64,000 nt of DNA from Terriglobales bacterium (GTDB lineage: Bacteria; Acidobacteriota; Terriglobia; Terriglobales; SCQP01), in contig DATNFK010000009.1 in the NCBI GenBank assembly GCA_035606395.1, positions 68,209-132,208 on the forward strand. Direction: 5' to 3'. A program made the position numbers and the translations under genes. This document shows, one piece after another, positions 1-10,694 of the stretch. The notes under the pieces were generated by a model that ran no database searches, had not been told where the DNA came from, and worked only from the letters and a program-made list of their open reading frames with translations. Each line of letters starts with the position of its first letter. The stretch's first letter is position 1.

Positions 1-1575
1 GTCGTTTGCGCCGGCCGTGTTCCAATATGGCAACTGTTCGCCCACGCTCGGCTTTACGCGCTGCGGCATCACCTCGAAAACATAGTTGCCTGTCTGATCG
101 GTGCTTCCCGTCGTCATCAGCAAGTCCCCGCCGAAACCGCTAAAGCTCGCCGACCAGTTCAGCATCGCTCCTTCCATCCCATCCACATCCTCTCCCATAT
201 CATGCGCCATTCGGCGCGCCAGATCCATGAGTGGCAATTCCCGCAACTCGCCCGGCGCGAGTTCCAGCTGCAGCGGCGGCGTCGTCGGAATTGTTCTCGT
301 TGTGTCCATGGCACCCATGCCATCCATACCGCCCATGCCGAGGTTCATGTTTACGGCCACATCGAGAGAATGGCCCGTAGAATTCCGGAGAAAACCATAC
401 GGCGCGAAGCGCGTTGTCGCTGGGAAGTGGTCGGCCTCCATTGGTTTCGCCAACATCAGCCCGGCGGCAGCGAGCGTTATCGTCGTCGGTCCGGCCGTTA
501 AATTGCCGATTCCGCTATCACCGCCGTCTTCAGCTCCGCCCATTGCCATATGTGCCATTGCGAATTCAATATTGGCAGAAAATCCTTCGGCTTGATTCTC
601 AAGCCAGCCAGCCGCGGTCAATCCGCCACTCGATCCGGGCGCACGCGGGCCGAGCTGCTGCGCCTCAATTCCACCCCCGGCTATCTCGTTGCCGGGCAAT
701 CCGGCGGCCTCATGCTCGATTTCGAATCGCTGCAGCGCATGCGGGCCGAGTTCGATCTCGCGCCATCCAAGCGTCGTGCCTAAGCGCCCGCTCAACCGGT
801 AACGCGCCGTGATCGGCATTGCAGTTGAGTTCCCCATTGTAAAATATCCGCGCACCCCCGCGTCATGTTTCCACCACAACCCGAGCAGCATCGCACTCTC
901 ACCCCCGGCCTCCATCTGACTCAACAAAGCGCTCTTACGCGGCAGGCTATATCGCGCGTTCACCGCCCTCCACTTCCCGAACCCAGACGACGTGGTGCCC
1001 ATGTTCATTGCCGTCGCCGGACCCGCGATCACAAATGGTTGCGAGAACGACAAACTATGCACAATATCCTTCAAATTCATGGACGCCGTAATGTGACCGC
1101 CGCCGTCCCAGAGATAATCAAGCCGAGCGCTCCCCTGGGTCGAAATGTGCCCGGCAAAGCGGCCAGGCGCTTGCGCCAGCGCCTGGTTGAGCTGCAACGT
1201 AATCTCGCCCGACGCCGGCACCTCGACCGGCGCAAGTACCAACGCTGTGCCGTCATCCATGTACAACGTCGGCGTGACCGCGATGGCCACAGTAGTAACC
1301 GCGTTCTTAATGTGAATCTTGGCCACCGTGTCGCCGTCTGTCCTCCAAAGACTGCAGACCAGACTCTGAACCGTCTTCATTGGCATGGTACGCGCGCCGT
1401 GTCTAAGATTTGTTGTCTGCGCCGGCTGCTGCCGTTTCGTTGCTGACGCAGCGTGCCGCACTGGCGAGAGCCACGTCCACGCAACCAGGGGCAGGCTTGT
1501 CAAAGCCAGTACAATTGCGAAACGATAAGCGATTTTCCCGGTCTGTGATCTGGGAACGCGCCGGTCTATTTTCAT
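1..1575 (-). CDS. hypothetical protein with N-terminal hydrophobic anchor/signal; 3' end lies beyond the left window edge
   Basis: Absent from the supplied ORF track because no stop lies inside the window. My reverse-strand reading from the ATG at 1575-1573 (upstream RBS GAAGGAGAATGTT) stays open for 525 codons to position 1. It begins MKIDRRVPRSQTGKIAYRFAIVLALTSLPLVAW and has G/C-rich third positions. The + strand ORFs listed at 101-1446 look like shadow ORFs. It starts 13 nt downstream of the haloperoxidase-like gene on the same strand. Confidence 0.6.
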   Translation of the reverse strand, partial: MKIDRRVPRSQTGKIAYRFAIVLALTSLPLVAWTWLSPVRHAASATKRQQPAQTTNLRHGARTMPMKTVQSLVCSLWRTDGDTVAKIHIKNAVTTVAIAVTPTLYMDDGTALVLAPVEVPASGEITLQLNQALAQAPGRFAGHISTQGSARLDYLWDGGGHITASMNLKDIVHSLSFSQPFVIAGPATAMNMGTTSSGFGKWRAVNARYSLPRKSALLSQMEAGGESAMLLGLWWKHDAGVRGYFTMGNSTAMPITARYRLSGRLGTTLGWREIELGPHALQRFEIEHEAAGLPGNEIAGGGIEAQQLGPRAPGSSGGLTAAGWLENQAEGFSANIEFAMAHMAMGGAEDGGDSGIGNLTAGPTTITLAAAGLMLAKPMEADHFPATTRFAPYGFLRNSTGHSLDVAVNMNLGMGGMDGMGAMDTTRTIPTTPPLQLELAPGELRELPLMDLARRMAHDMGEDVDGMEGAMLNWSASFSGFGGDLLMTTGSTDQTGNYVFEVMPQRVKPSVGEQLPYWNTAGAND

Positions 1576-1588
1576 AACATTCTCCTTC

Positions 1589-3226
1589 TCAAACCGTCAC
1601 CACTCGGCCATCGAACCTGCTAATCTCGAAACCCCTGAACTGTTCCCCGTAAATCTCCCGCTGGTCGGCTAGAATCGTGAGCGCCATTGCCTCGCCAAGC
1701 AGCAGCCCCTGTACGTAGTCCGAACGCCAGTGAACGCCGGCAAAATTCCGCGCCAGCGCGATGTTGCCGCATAACTTCTCGATCTCGCTATTCACTGTCG
1801 CCAGCGAGTCATTTTCACCGCTGTGGCGAACCAAGGAAAGGCCGTCGCTGCTGGATTCCATTAGCCCTCCCGCCAGGGATTCCCAATTCGCCGTTCCGTC
1901 GAACGCCGCTTTTAGAATCGTCGCGCACGCGCCCGCCACTCCTCCATGCGCCTGGGTGTACGACGGGTGCTGCGGGCATCCTTCCGGAAACGCTTGCGGC
2001 AAAAGAAAGCTGCCATGCCGTGCTGCTGTTTCCGCCAGCGCCTGGGAATTCAGCACGCTCGGATCGAGTGGATAGCTCGCCTGTCCTGTCCGGCTCATAT
2101 GCACCAGGCCGCCGTACGCTTCCGGCCGCAAGGCGCGATGCACGAACCATTTCTGAAAAAATACCGCCTTCATCGCCCGAAGCGCCGCCTCCGCCTGCAA
2201 CGTCAAGAAATGCGGCGGGCCGAAAGTTGCGAACCCGGTCTGGCGCGAGAGCCGCAAGTACGGATTGCCAGGATTAGCCGGCGCCCCCAGCGCATACAAC
2301 CGCAATCCGGCGTTGTAGAATGCCTGGCAAACCTGATCGCTATGAACGTACGCCGCCAGATCTCGACCGTTGCGAAAGTACCGCGGCTCGCCATCGAGTT
2401 TCGGCTTGCCAAAGGGACCTTGCCCGTTCTGACAAGCCAACCAGGCACCCGGCTCGATGAGGTAATCAGCCCCAGCGGCAAACGTCGTAATTCGCCCGTC
2501 CATCAAATATTGGCCGTAAGCAAATGGCGTCAAGAACAACTGCGATATATATGGTCCGATTCGGTCGCTGCTGGCAAAACCACGAAACAGGTTGATTCCG
2601 GTAACGCGCCCGCTACCATCGCGTGGGCCACTGAAAGCGGTGAGTCCGCTCAGTTCCTGGGCCGCCGCAGTCACCCTTGCGTCGGTTTCGTAAGCGCTAA
2701 AGTTGACGTCGCGCAGCAGCGCCATCCAATACAACTCGACCATCTCCGCCGCTCGGGTCGCGCTGGCCAGCTCTGGGGATGCAGGGCACGCCAATTTCTG
2801 AATATCAACGCCTTCAAGGTCGAATGCCACCCCGGCCATCGGATTGACAAGCGCCTGATCGCCGCCAAGAGGCACATTTTCAAATGCTTCGGTGCTTTGC
2901 CGCTCGACCGCTTCGAGAAACCGCCGATAGGCACCCGGTTCGACTTCGCCCAAACTATTGTGCGGCAAGCCTTTCGAGTAGCTGCCAATGCGGTCCGAAT
3001 AGCGCGACTCGTCGCCATTCCCGCCCTGTGAGACTGCCGACACCTCGAATTCCTCTTCCGCCGCTGCCACGCGCAGCCGACGCGCCTCTTCAGCTCGGTC
3101 GTTCCACCTAATCGATGCGTGTGCGGATGACTTGAGCGCGAGCGCCGCAGCCCCGCCCTATTGCCCAAGAAACGTTCGCCGCGCCCGGTTATCGCACGAC
3201 TGATTGACTGGCTCCCGGTGGCTCAT
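1589..3226 (-). pseudogene. Tat-signal PAP2/vanadium-haloperoxidase-like protein interrupted by an in-frame TAG inside the signal peptide (track ORF 1589..3070 is the mature part)
   Basis: The track ORF carries PAP2/V-haloperoxidase-type motifs (HRALRP, HPSYTQAHG, ARNFAGVHWRSD). The same frame upstream reads MSHREPVNQSCDNRARRTFLGQ, then TAG (3160-3158), then GGAAALALKSSAHAS. That is a twin-arginine signal split by one amber codon. The ATG is at 3226-3224. Confidence 0.55.
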
Positions 3227-3568
3227 TGCACTTACCCCTATGTCTATATGTGTGATGAGGAGCGCAAAAAGTGTACTTTTTGAATAATAAATATTCCCGA
3301 CCCCACCCGTTTCGGTGGCGCCTCGCCGCCGGCCCAGAAGTCTACGCGGCAGACAAGCAGCGAGAGCCATGCCGCCAAGGTGGGAATGCCGCAATTCTCG
3401 GCGATCCCTCCGGCTTCGGAATGGGGGGGAGCTTACCAGCAGCCGGCTACACGGCGAGCCCTCCGCCGCCAACTGCTGGCGGTCCGGAGTGCCAGTCCCG
3501 CCCAAGCTGGGTCGCCCGGCCAATAGCCAAGCGCGGGTAAATGTAGTAGTCTGAGCTCAAAGCAATTC

Positions 3569-4564
3569 ATGACTAGAACCATCGAGTTCAGTCCCGGCAT
3601 CGAGAGCCTATTCGGCACGCTCGATGAAAACCTTCGCCTCCTCGAAAGCCGCCTGCAGGTTCGCGTGCGCCTCGGGCCCCATGCCATCGAGCTGGAGGGC
3701 CCGGAAGCCGGCGTCAAGCGGGTCGAGGAAATATTCTCCGACTACGCCCAACTCCACGCCGAGGGCATGCAGTTTCCCAACGGCGATCTGCGCAGCCTGG
3801 TGCAGATGGTGGTCGACGATCCGCAGTCGAGCCTGGCCTCGCTCGCCCGCAGCGGCAAACAGCGTTCGTTCGGCAAGAAAGTGGTGCAGCCGAAGACGGT
3901 CAACCAGCGCCGCTATCTTGACGCCATCGAAAACCACGACATGGTCTTCGGCGTTGGCCCAGCCGGCACCGGCAAGACCTACCTCGCGGTGGCGATGGCC
4001 GTGGCCGCGCTCAACTCGAAGCAGGTCAGCCGCATTGTCCTGGCGCGCCCGGCGGTGGAAGCCGGCGAACGTCTGGGCTTCTTGCCCGGCACGCTGCAGG
4101 AAAAAGTTGATCCGTATCTGCGGCCACTGTACGACGCGCTGTACGATCTGGTCGAGCCGGAGAGGGTCGAGCGCCTGCTGGAGCGCAACGCAATTGAGAT
4201 TGCGCCGCTTGCCTTCATGCGCGGGCGAACGCTCAACGACGCGTTCATTATTCTTGACGAGGCGCAGAACTCGACCCAGGAACAAATGAAGATGTTCCTG
4301 ACCCGTATGGGATTTCATTCCAAGGCGGTGATCACCGGCGACCTCACTCAGATTGACCTGCCCCAGGGACGGCGCAGCGGACTCCTGCAAGCCATCGAAA
4401 TCGTCGGCATGGTGGAGGGCATTAGTGTGGTGCAGTTCGACGAGGTGGACGTGGTGCGCCACCAACTGGTGCAGCGCATAGTGCACGCCTACCAGGAACA
4501 CGAGGCGAGTTCCGGTCAGCGCCAGCTCCCGCTCCTTCCGGCCGAGGAAGTCCACAGTGTCTGA
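3569..4564 (+). CDS. phoH: PhoH-like ATPase (PhoH/YbeZ family)
   Basis: 331 aa with Walker [14 protein letters not shown] and IILDEAQN. It sits directly upstream of ybeY, the conserved pairing. Confidence 0.9.
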   Translation: MTRTIEFSPGIESLFGTLDENLRLLESRLQVRVRLGPHAIELEGPEAGVKRVEEIFSDYAQLHAEGMQFPNGDLRSLVQMVVDDPQSSLASLARSGKQRSFGKKVVQPKTVNQRRYLDAIENHDMVFGVGPAGTGKTYLAVAMAVAALNSKQVSRIVLARPAVEAGERLGFLPGTLQEKVDPYLRPLYDALYDLVEPERVERLLERNAIEIAPLAFMRGRTLNDAFIILDEAQNSTQEQMKMFLTRMGFHSKAVITGDLTQIDLPQGRRSGLLQAIEIVGMVEGISVVQFDEVDVVRHQLVQRIVHAYQEHEASSGQRQLPLLPAEEVHSV

Positions 4565-4994
4565 TGCCCATGCGGAGGCGATCGCGCTGCGCCGATTCTG
4601 GCGCGAGGCGCGCAGGGTCACCGGCGCGCCCCGTGACGCCGGCGTGCGCGCCATGAACGATCGGGAAATCCGTCGTCTCAATCAAGTCTACCGGGGCCAC
4701 GACGCGCCCACCGACGTGTTGTCTTTCCCTGGAACCAACGATGTGGCCATCTCCGTCGAGACGGCGCAACGACAGGCGCGTCGCCACCGCCATGCGCTGG
4801 CGGTCGAGGTCCGCATCCTGATGCTGCACGGGCTCCTCCACCTGGCCGGATTCGACCACGAAACCGACAATGGTGAAATGCGCCGGCGCGAGACGAGGCT
4901 TCGCCGTCAACTCGGTCTCCCGGCGAGCCTTACGGAGAGGGAGCGCTCTAGGCCACAAGCCGGAACGGCCCGCGGTGCTGGACCGCGCCCATAA
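4557..4994 (+). CDS. ybeY: rRNA maturation endoribonuclease YbeY
   Basis: Carries TDVLSFP and the zinc motif [12 protein letters not shown]. The GTG start overlaps the phoH stop by 8 nt. The C-terminal tail is unusually long. Confidence 0.85.
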   Translation: MSDAHAEAIALRRFWREARRVTGAPRDAGVRAMNDREIRRLNQVYRGHDAPTDVLSFPGTNDVAISVETAQRQARRHRHALAVEVRILMLHGLLHLAGFDHETDNGEMRRRETRLRRQLGLPASLTERERSRPQAGTARGAGPRP

Positions 4995-5166
4995 CAATGG
5001 GCACGGTGGTAGCCGCGCCAATTGCGAGCAGCGTCCAGCCGGTGCGGCGGCGGCGGTGCCGGTTCATGCGCCCGGCCGCCAGCAGGCCGATCCCCACGCC
5101 CAGCGCCACTCGTGTGGAGATGATAAATGCCAGTTCTGGAATCCGCAACCCGACCTTTCTGGCCAT
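4948..5166 (-). CDS. small membrane protein (2 predicted TM helices)
   Basis: ATG at 5166-5164 is preceded by AAGGGAG at a 7-nt spacing. The product is [53 protein letters not shown], with high GC3. Confidence 0.5.
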   Translation of the reverse strand: MARKVGLRIPELAFIISTRVALGVGIGLLAAGRMNRHRRRRTGWTLLAIGAATTVPIVMGAVQHRGPFRLVA

Positions 5167-5241
5167 AACAAACTCCCTTGCCACCATTCTAGCTCTGGGT
5201 AGGCTAAGCTATTCTCGCTAATTCATCGTTGCAGGAGGATA

Positions 5242-6810
5242 ATGATGGCCCAACGAAATTGGTTTGCGCTTTGTCTCGCCATTCTTCTCGGTATTCCCGC
5301 CGGGCTCGCGGCACAGCAAATCGCCGGCACCTGGAAAGGCGAACAAACGTTGCATCGCGGCACGCAAACCATCAATCTGGAGAGCACCTACATCTTCAAG
5401 GTGGATGGCAATAATTTCACCGGCCTGCTCATCAACAGAAGCGACCGGCGCGATATAGTCGACGGCGTGATCGCCGGCAATGACATCACCTTTTCGACCC
5501 GCAACCCCTTCGTGCCCGATGCCGCGCTGCAAAACTTCAAGGGCACGCTCGACGGCGACAAGCTGACCGTCGTCGTGGTACAGACCATCGCGCCGCCTGG
5601 CTATCCCGACGCCGTCGGGCGCGGCCCGCGGCGTCCGCCTGTGCCGGTGGAACTGCATCGCATCTCGAGTGATACCGTCTATCACGCGCCGCCCGAGCTG
5701 CAGCATTCCCCTCTCGCCCCCTTTGTGACTCTGCCGCCCAATGGGCTGGCGCTGACGCCGCCCATGGGATGGAACAGTTGGAACAAGTTCCGCGCCCTGG
5801 TGGACGACAAGGGCGTGCGCGCGGCCGCCGACGCGATGGTCAGCAGCGGCATGAAGGCGGCCGGCTACGTCTACGTGAATATTGACGACACCTGGGAAGG
5901 CACGCGCGACGCGCAGGGCAACATCCAGGCGAACAGCAAGTTTCCCGACATGAAAGCGCTCGCCGCTTACGTGCACAGCCGCGGATTGAAGCTCGGCATT
6001 TACAGCTCGCCCGGCCCCAAGACCTGTGCCGGCTACGAAGGCAGCTTCGGCCACGAAGAGCAGGATGCGCGCACCTATGCCGCCTGGGGCATCGATTATC
6101 TCAAATACGACTGGTGCTCGGCCGGCCTGGTCTACAGCGCCGACGAGATGAAGCCGGCGTACGAGAAAATGGCGCTGGCATTACGCGCCACCGGACGCCC
6201 GATTGTATTTAGCCTCTGCCAGTACGGCGATCTCGACGTGGGAAGCTGGGGCTTCGCCGCGGGTGGCAACCTCTGGCGCACGACCGGCGACATCAGCGAC
6301 AACTATGCTTCGATGACACGCATTGGCTTCGGTCAGAACGGCCGCGAAGGAGCGGCCGGACCCGGCCATTGGAACGATCCCGACATGCTCGAAGTGGGCA
6401 ATGGTGGCATGAACGACGACGAGTACCGCACCCACTTCAGTCTGTGGTCGCTGCTGGCCGCGCCGCTGTTAGCCGGCAACGATCTCTCCGCCATGAAGCC
6501 GGACATTCGCGACATTCTCACCAACCGCGCCGTGATCGCCGTCGATCAGGACAAACTCGGACGCCAGGGCACCCGCGTCGCCCAGAGCGGCGACACCGAG
6601 ATCTGGCTCCGTCACCTCGCCTCCGGCAACGCGGTGGGGCTATTTAACCGCTCCGAACAACCGCAATCCATGTCGGTGCGCTGGAGCGACATCGGCGTCG
6701 CGCGCCCGCGCCATATTCTCGATCTCTGGAGCAACAAAAGCGTGCCGCCGGCCGATTCAATGACCGTGACGGTTGCGCCGCATGGAGTAGTGTTGGTCCG
6801 CGTAAACTGA
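5242..6810 (+). CDS. secreted alpha-galactosidase (GH27) with ~170-aa N-terminal extra domain
   Basis: RBS AGGAGG lies upstream and a signal peptide is present. GH27 hallmarks are PPMGWNSWN, YVNIDDTW and IDYLKYDWC. Confidence 0.85.
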   Translation: MMAQRNWFALCLAILLGIPAGLAAQQIAGTWKGEQTLHRGTQTINLESTYIFKVDGNNFTGLLINRSDRRDIVDGVIAGNDITFSTRNPFVPDAALQNFKGTLDGDKLTVVVVQTIAPPGYPDAVGRGPRRPPVPVELHRISSDTVYHAPPELQHSPLAPFVTLPPNGLALTPPMGWNSWNKFRALVDDKGVRAAADAMVSSGMKAAGYVYVNIDDTWEGTRDAQGNIQANSKFPDMKALAAYVHSRGLKLGIYSSPGPKTCAGYEGSFGHEEQDARTYAAWGIDYLKYDWCSAGLVYSADEMKPAYEKMALALRATGRPIVFSLCQYGDLDVGSWGFAAGGNLWRTTGDISDNYASMTRIGFGQNGREGAAGPGHWNDPDMLEVGNGGMNDDEYRTHFSLWSLLAAPLLAGNDLSAMKPDIRDILTNRAVIAVDQDKLGRQGTRVAQSGDTEIWLRHLASGNAVGLFNRSEQPQSMSVRWSDIGVARPRHILDLWSNKSVPPADSMTVTVAPHGVVLVRVN

Positions 6811-6813
6811 GGC

Positions 6814-7911
6814 ATGCCGCGGCTGTTTCGGGCCCCCGGGCGGATCAATTTAATAGGCGAGCATACGGACTATAACCAGGGGTGGGTCATGCCCGCCGCG
6901 ATTGATCTTGCGGCCCGGGCGGCGATTGCCCCTCAGACGGGACGCCGGGTCGTGATTCGATCGGCGCAGTATGAGGACGCCGCCGTATTCGATCTGGACG
7001 CGGCGGATCCGCCGATCATGCCTTCCCATTGGTCGAGCGATCTGCGCGGCGTCGCCCGCCTGCTGCAGCGCGCCGGGGTTGAGCTCGAGGGTTGCGAGAT
7101 CATGCTCGACAGCGAAGTGCCAATCGGCGCCGGGCTTAGTTCTTCGGCGGCGGTTGCCGTTGCGGTGGCTTTCGGCCTGCTGGCGTCAAGCTCCGCCTCA
7201 CTCGGGCTTACTGAATTGGCGCTGCTTTGCCAGCGGGCGAGTCATGAATTCAGCGGGACGCGGTGCGGCATCATGGATTTCTATATCGCCTGTCATGGGC
7301 GCCCGGGCGAACTGGCGATGCTCGACACGCGCAGCCTTGAAGCCCGGTGGTTGCCGTGGCCGAGGAACGCGAGCCTGGTGGTCTGCGACACGAAGGTGCG
7401 CCACGACAATGCCAGCGGTGAGTACAACCTGCGCCGCGAGCAGTGCGAACGGGCGGCGCGGCAACTCGGCGTGCCATCGCTGCGCGACGCCGGCGCGGGC
7501 GACATTTCTCGCCTCGAGCCTGTTCTCGCCGCGCGCGCCCGCCACGTGGTGAGCGAGAACCAGCGGGTCGTTGACGCCGCCGCCGCCGTTACGGAAAGCG
7601 ATTTCGCGGCTCTGGGCGAGTTGCTCAATGCCTCGCATCGCAGCTTGCGCGACGATTACGAGGTGAGTTGCGCCGAGCTCGACCGCATGGTCGAGGTCTG
7701 CAATAGGCAGCTTGGCGTTTACGGCGCACGCATGATGGGCGGAGGCTTTGGCGGGTGCGTACTGGCGCTGGTGGCGCCCGAATGCGTGCCCGATGTCCGC
7801 GGCGGTGTCGCGCGCGATTATGCCGAGGCAACCGGCCTCCAGCCGGCGATTTGGGAGTGCCATCCCGCGGGTGGTGTGCGGGAAATGGAGGAGAACGATG
7901 TCGCGCGATAA
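6814..7911 (+). CDS. galK: galactokinase
   Basis: Carries GRINLIGEHTDYNQGWVMPAA and the GHMP kinase motif PIGAGLSSSAA. Confidence 0.9.
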   Translation: MPRLFRAPGRINLIGEHTDYNQGWVMPAAIDLAARAAIAPQTGRRVVIRSAQYEDAAVFDLDAADPPIMPSHWSSDLRGVARLLQRAGVELEGCEIMLDSEVPIGAGLSSSAAVAVAVAFGLLASSSASLGLTELALLCQRASHEFSGTRCGIMDFYIACHGRPGELAMLDTRSLEARWLPWPRNASLVVCDTKVRHDNASGEYNLRREQCERAARQLGVPSLRDAGAGDISRLEPVLAARARHVVSENQRVVDAAAAVTESDFAALGELLNASHRSLRDDYEVSCAELDRMVEVCNRQLGVYGARMMGGGFGGCVLALVAPECVPDVRGGVARDYAEATGLQPAIWECHPAGGVREMEENDVAR

Positions 7912-8944
7912 TGTCGTGCAGCGGCGCTACAACCCTCTCCTCGACGAGTGGGTGTTGGTCTCGCCCGGCCGTCAGCAGCGTCCCTGGCAGGGCGAGGTCT
8001 CGCCTCCCGATGTAACTCCCCGCGCGGTCCACGACCCCGATTGCTATCTCTGCCCCGGTGCCCCCCGGGCGTCAGGCCAACGCAACCCCGACTATCGGGG
8101 CGTGTATGTTTTCGACAACGACTTTCCGGCGCTGACGCTCAATCGGTCGCCGCAACCGCAACCGCACCATCCCCTGCTCCGGGCCGAGCCCGAGGCCGGC
8201 GTCTGTCGCGTAGTTTGTTTCTCGCCTCGCCATGACCTCAGCCTCTCTCGCCTGCCCCAGCCCGCCGTCGAAGCCGTTGTCGCTTCCTGGACCGGCCAAT
8301 ACGCCGCGCTCGGCGCTCTCGACGAAATCAACGCCGTGATGATCTTCGAAAACCGCGGCGCCATGATGGGCTGCAGCAATCCGCATCCCCACGGCCAGAT
8401 TTGGGCGTCGCAGTCGGTGCCCAATTTCGTCGCCCGCGAACGCCATGCGCTCATCCAACACCAGCGCGCCCACGGCGAGTGTATGCTCTGCGCCTACGGA
8501 CGTCTCGAAGCCGAGCGCCGCGAACGCCTGGTCTGCGAAAACGACAGCTTCATCGCCCTTGTGCCCTATTGGGCGGTCTGGCCTTTCGAAACGCTGGTGG
8601 TCAGCCGCCGGCACCGCCCCTCTCTCAGTGCGCTCACCGCCACGGAGGCTTCGCAATTGGCCGACATTCTGCGCCAAGTCACGATCCGCTACGACAACCT
8701 CTTTGGTACCGAGATGCCCTATTCTTTCGGCCTGCACCAAGCGCTAACCGACGGTGCCGACAACGCCGAGGCCCACCTCCACGCCCACTTCCTGCCCCCT
8801 CTCCTGCGCTCGGCTTCGATCCGCAAATTCCTGGTCGGCTACGAATTGCTCGCCACCCCGCAGCGCGACCTAACCGCTGAAACCGCGGCCGAACGGCTGC
8901 GTGCGGTAAGCGACCGGCATTATAGCGAAGAGAATGCCCGGTAA
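7898..8944 (+). CDS. galT: galactose-1-phosphate uridylyltransferase
   Basis: The internal ATG at 7898 gives MSRDNVVQRRYNPLLDEWVLVSPGRQQRPWQG, plus CYLCPG and the HPHGQ active-site motif. It overlaps the galK stop by 14 nt. The track start at 7748 lies inside galK. Confidence 0.9.
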   Translation: MSRDNVVQRRYNPLLDEWVLVSPGRQQRPWQGEVSPPDVTPRAVHDPDCYLCPGAPRASGQRNPDYRGVYVFDNDFPALTLNRSPQPQPHHPLLRAEPEAGVCRVVCFSPRHDLSLSRLPQPAVEAVVASWTGQYAALGALDEINAVMIFENRGAMMGCSNPHPHGQIWASQSVPNFVARERHALIQHQRAHGECMLCAYGRLEAERRERLVCENDSFIALVPYWAVWPFETLVVSRRHRPSLSALTATEASQLADILRQVTIRYDNLFGTEMPYSFGLHQALTDGADNAEAHLHAHFLPPLLRSASIRKFLVGYELLATPQRDLTAETAAERLRAVSDRHYSEENAR

Positions 8945-8988
8945 CGGCCCTGCTTGCGCCGGCCCCTCAGGAAGCGCATGATTAAGCC

Positions 8989-9282
8989 ATGGCCGACGTC
9001 CTTTCGGTGCGCTGTCCCGATTGTGGTTCCCAGATGAAGGTAGATGCTGAGACCGGCATGGTGCTCGATCACAAGGCGCCCCGGGGGAAGACCGTAGATC
9101 TGGACCGTAGCCGCGAGTTGTTGCAAAAGCAGCAGGAGGAGCGCGACCAGCGCTTCCAGCAATCGGTGCGTGCCGAAAAAAACCGGGACGATCTTTTATC
9201 GAAAAAATTCGATCAAAGTCTGCGCCGAGTGCGCGATAATCCGGATGAGCCGCGCCCCTTGCGCGACGTTGATTTGGATTAG
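8989..9282 (+). CDS. small zinc-ribbon protein with charged coiled C-terminus
   Basis: 97 aa containing the CPDCGS motif. It has coding-like codon bias and sits between galT and rho. Confidence 0.5.
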   Translation: MADVLSVRCPDCGSQMKVDAETGMVLDHKAPRGKTVDLDRSRELLQKQQEERDQRFQQSVRAEKNRDDLLSKKFDQSLRRVRDNPDEPRPLRDVDLD

Positions 9283-9394
9283 GGTACCGCTTGTTTTTTT
9301 GTTCCTTGTAGTGCTATGATGGGTCTTATACGGTCGGAGTCGGCCGTATGTCCCCCAATCGTGAGTTTGCCCTGCCGTTCGCGTCCGCAAGTGG

Positions 9395-9440
9395 CTTCCT
9401 TTCGCTTTTTCCTCCCTCCTCTCTCTTCTGAATCCCTCCC
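9395..9440 (+). promoter_or_regulatory. C/U-rich, G-poor leader immediately upstream of rho (candidate rut-like autoregulatory site); possible promoter TTGTTT-18-TGcTATGAT at 9291-9320
   Basis: The 46-nt tract cttcctttcgctttttcctccctcctctctcttctgaatccctccc contains only 2 G. No SD sequence precedes the rho ATG. Confidence 0.35.
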
Positions 9441-10691
<1,251 letters not shown>

Positions 10692-10694
10692 TTT

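Noticed and set aside
101-1446. Five overlapping + strand ORFs (77-193 aa)
   Set aside because: The peptides are low-complexity and Arg/Pro-rich. They lie antisense to a continuous 525-codon minus-strand frame with an RBS and good codon bias.
3158-3160. TAG as pyrrolysine or programmed read-through
   Set aside because: There is no evidence for Pyl machinery. The position in a signal-peptide h-region has no functional rationale, so a nonsense mutation or an error is more parsimonious.
3300-3540. Possible cobalamin riboswitch (GGTGGGAA-like and GCCAGTCCCGCC-like strings)
   Set aside because: The matches to the B12-box and core consensus are too weak. The context (phoH, haloperoxidase-like gene) is unrelated to cobalamin. 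It is kept only as an unassigned structured region.
3608-4681. 357-aa minus-strand ORF
   Set aside because: It is fully antisense to phoH/ybeY, which have unambiguous motifs. It is a typical GC-rich shadow ORF.
5218-6054. 278-aa minus-strand ORF
   Set aside because: It is antisense to the GH27 gene.
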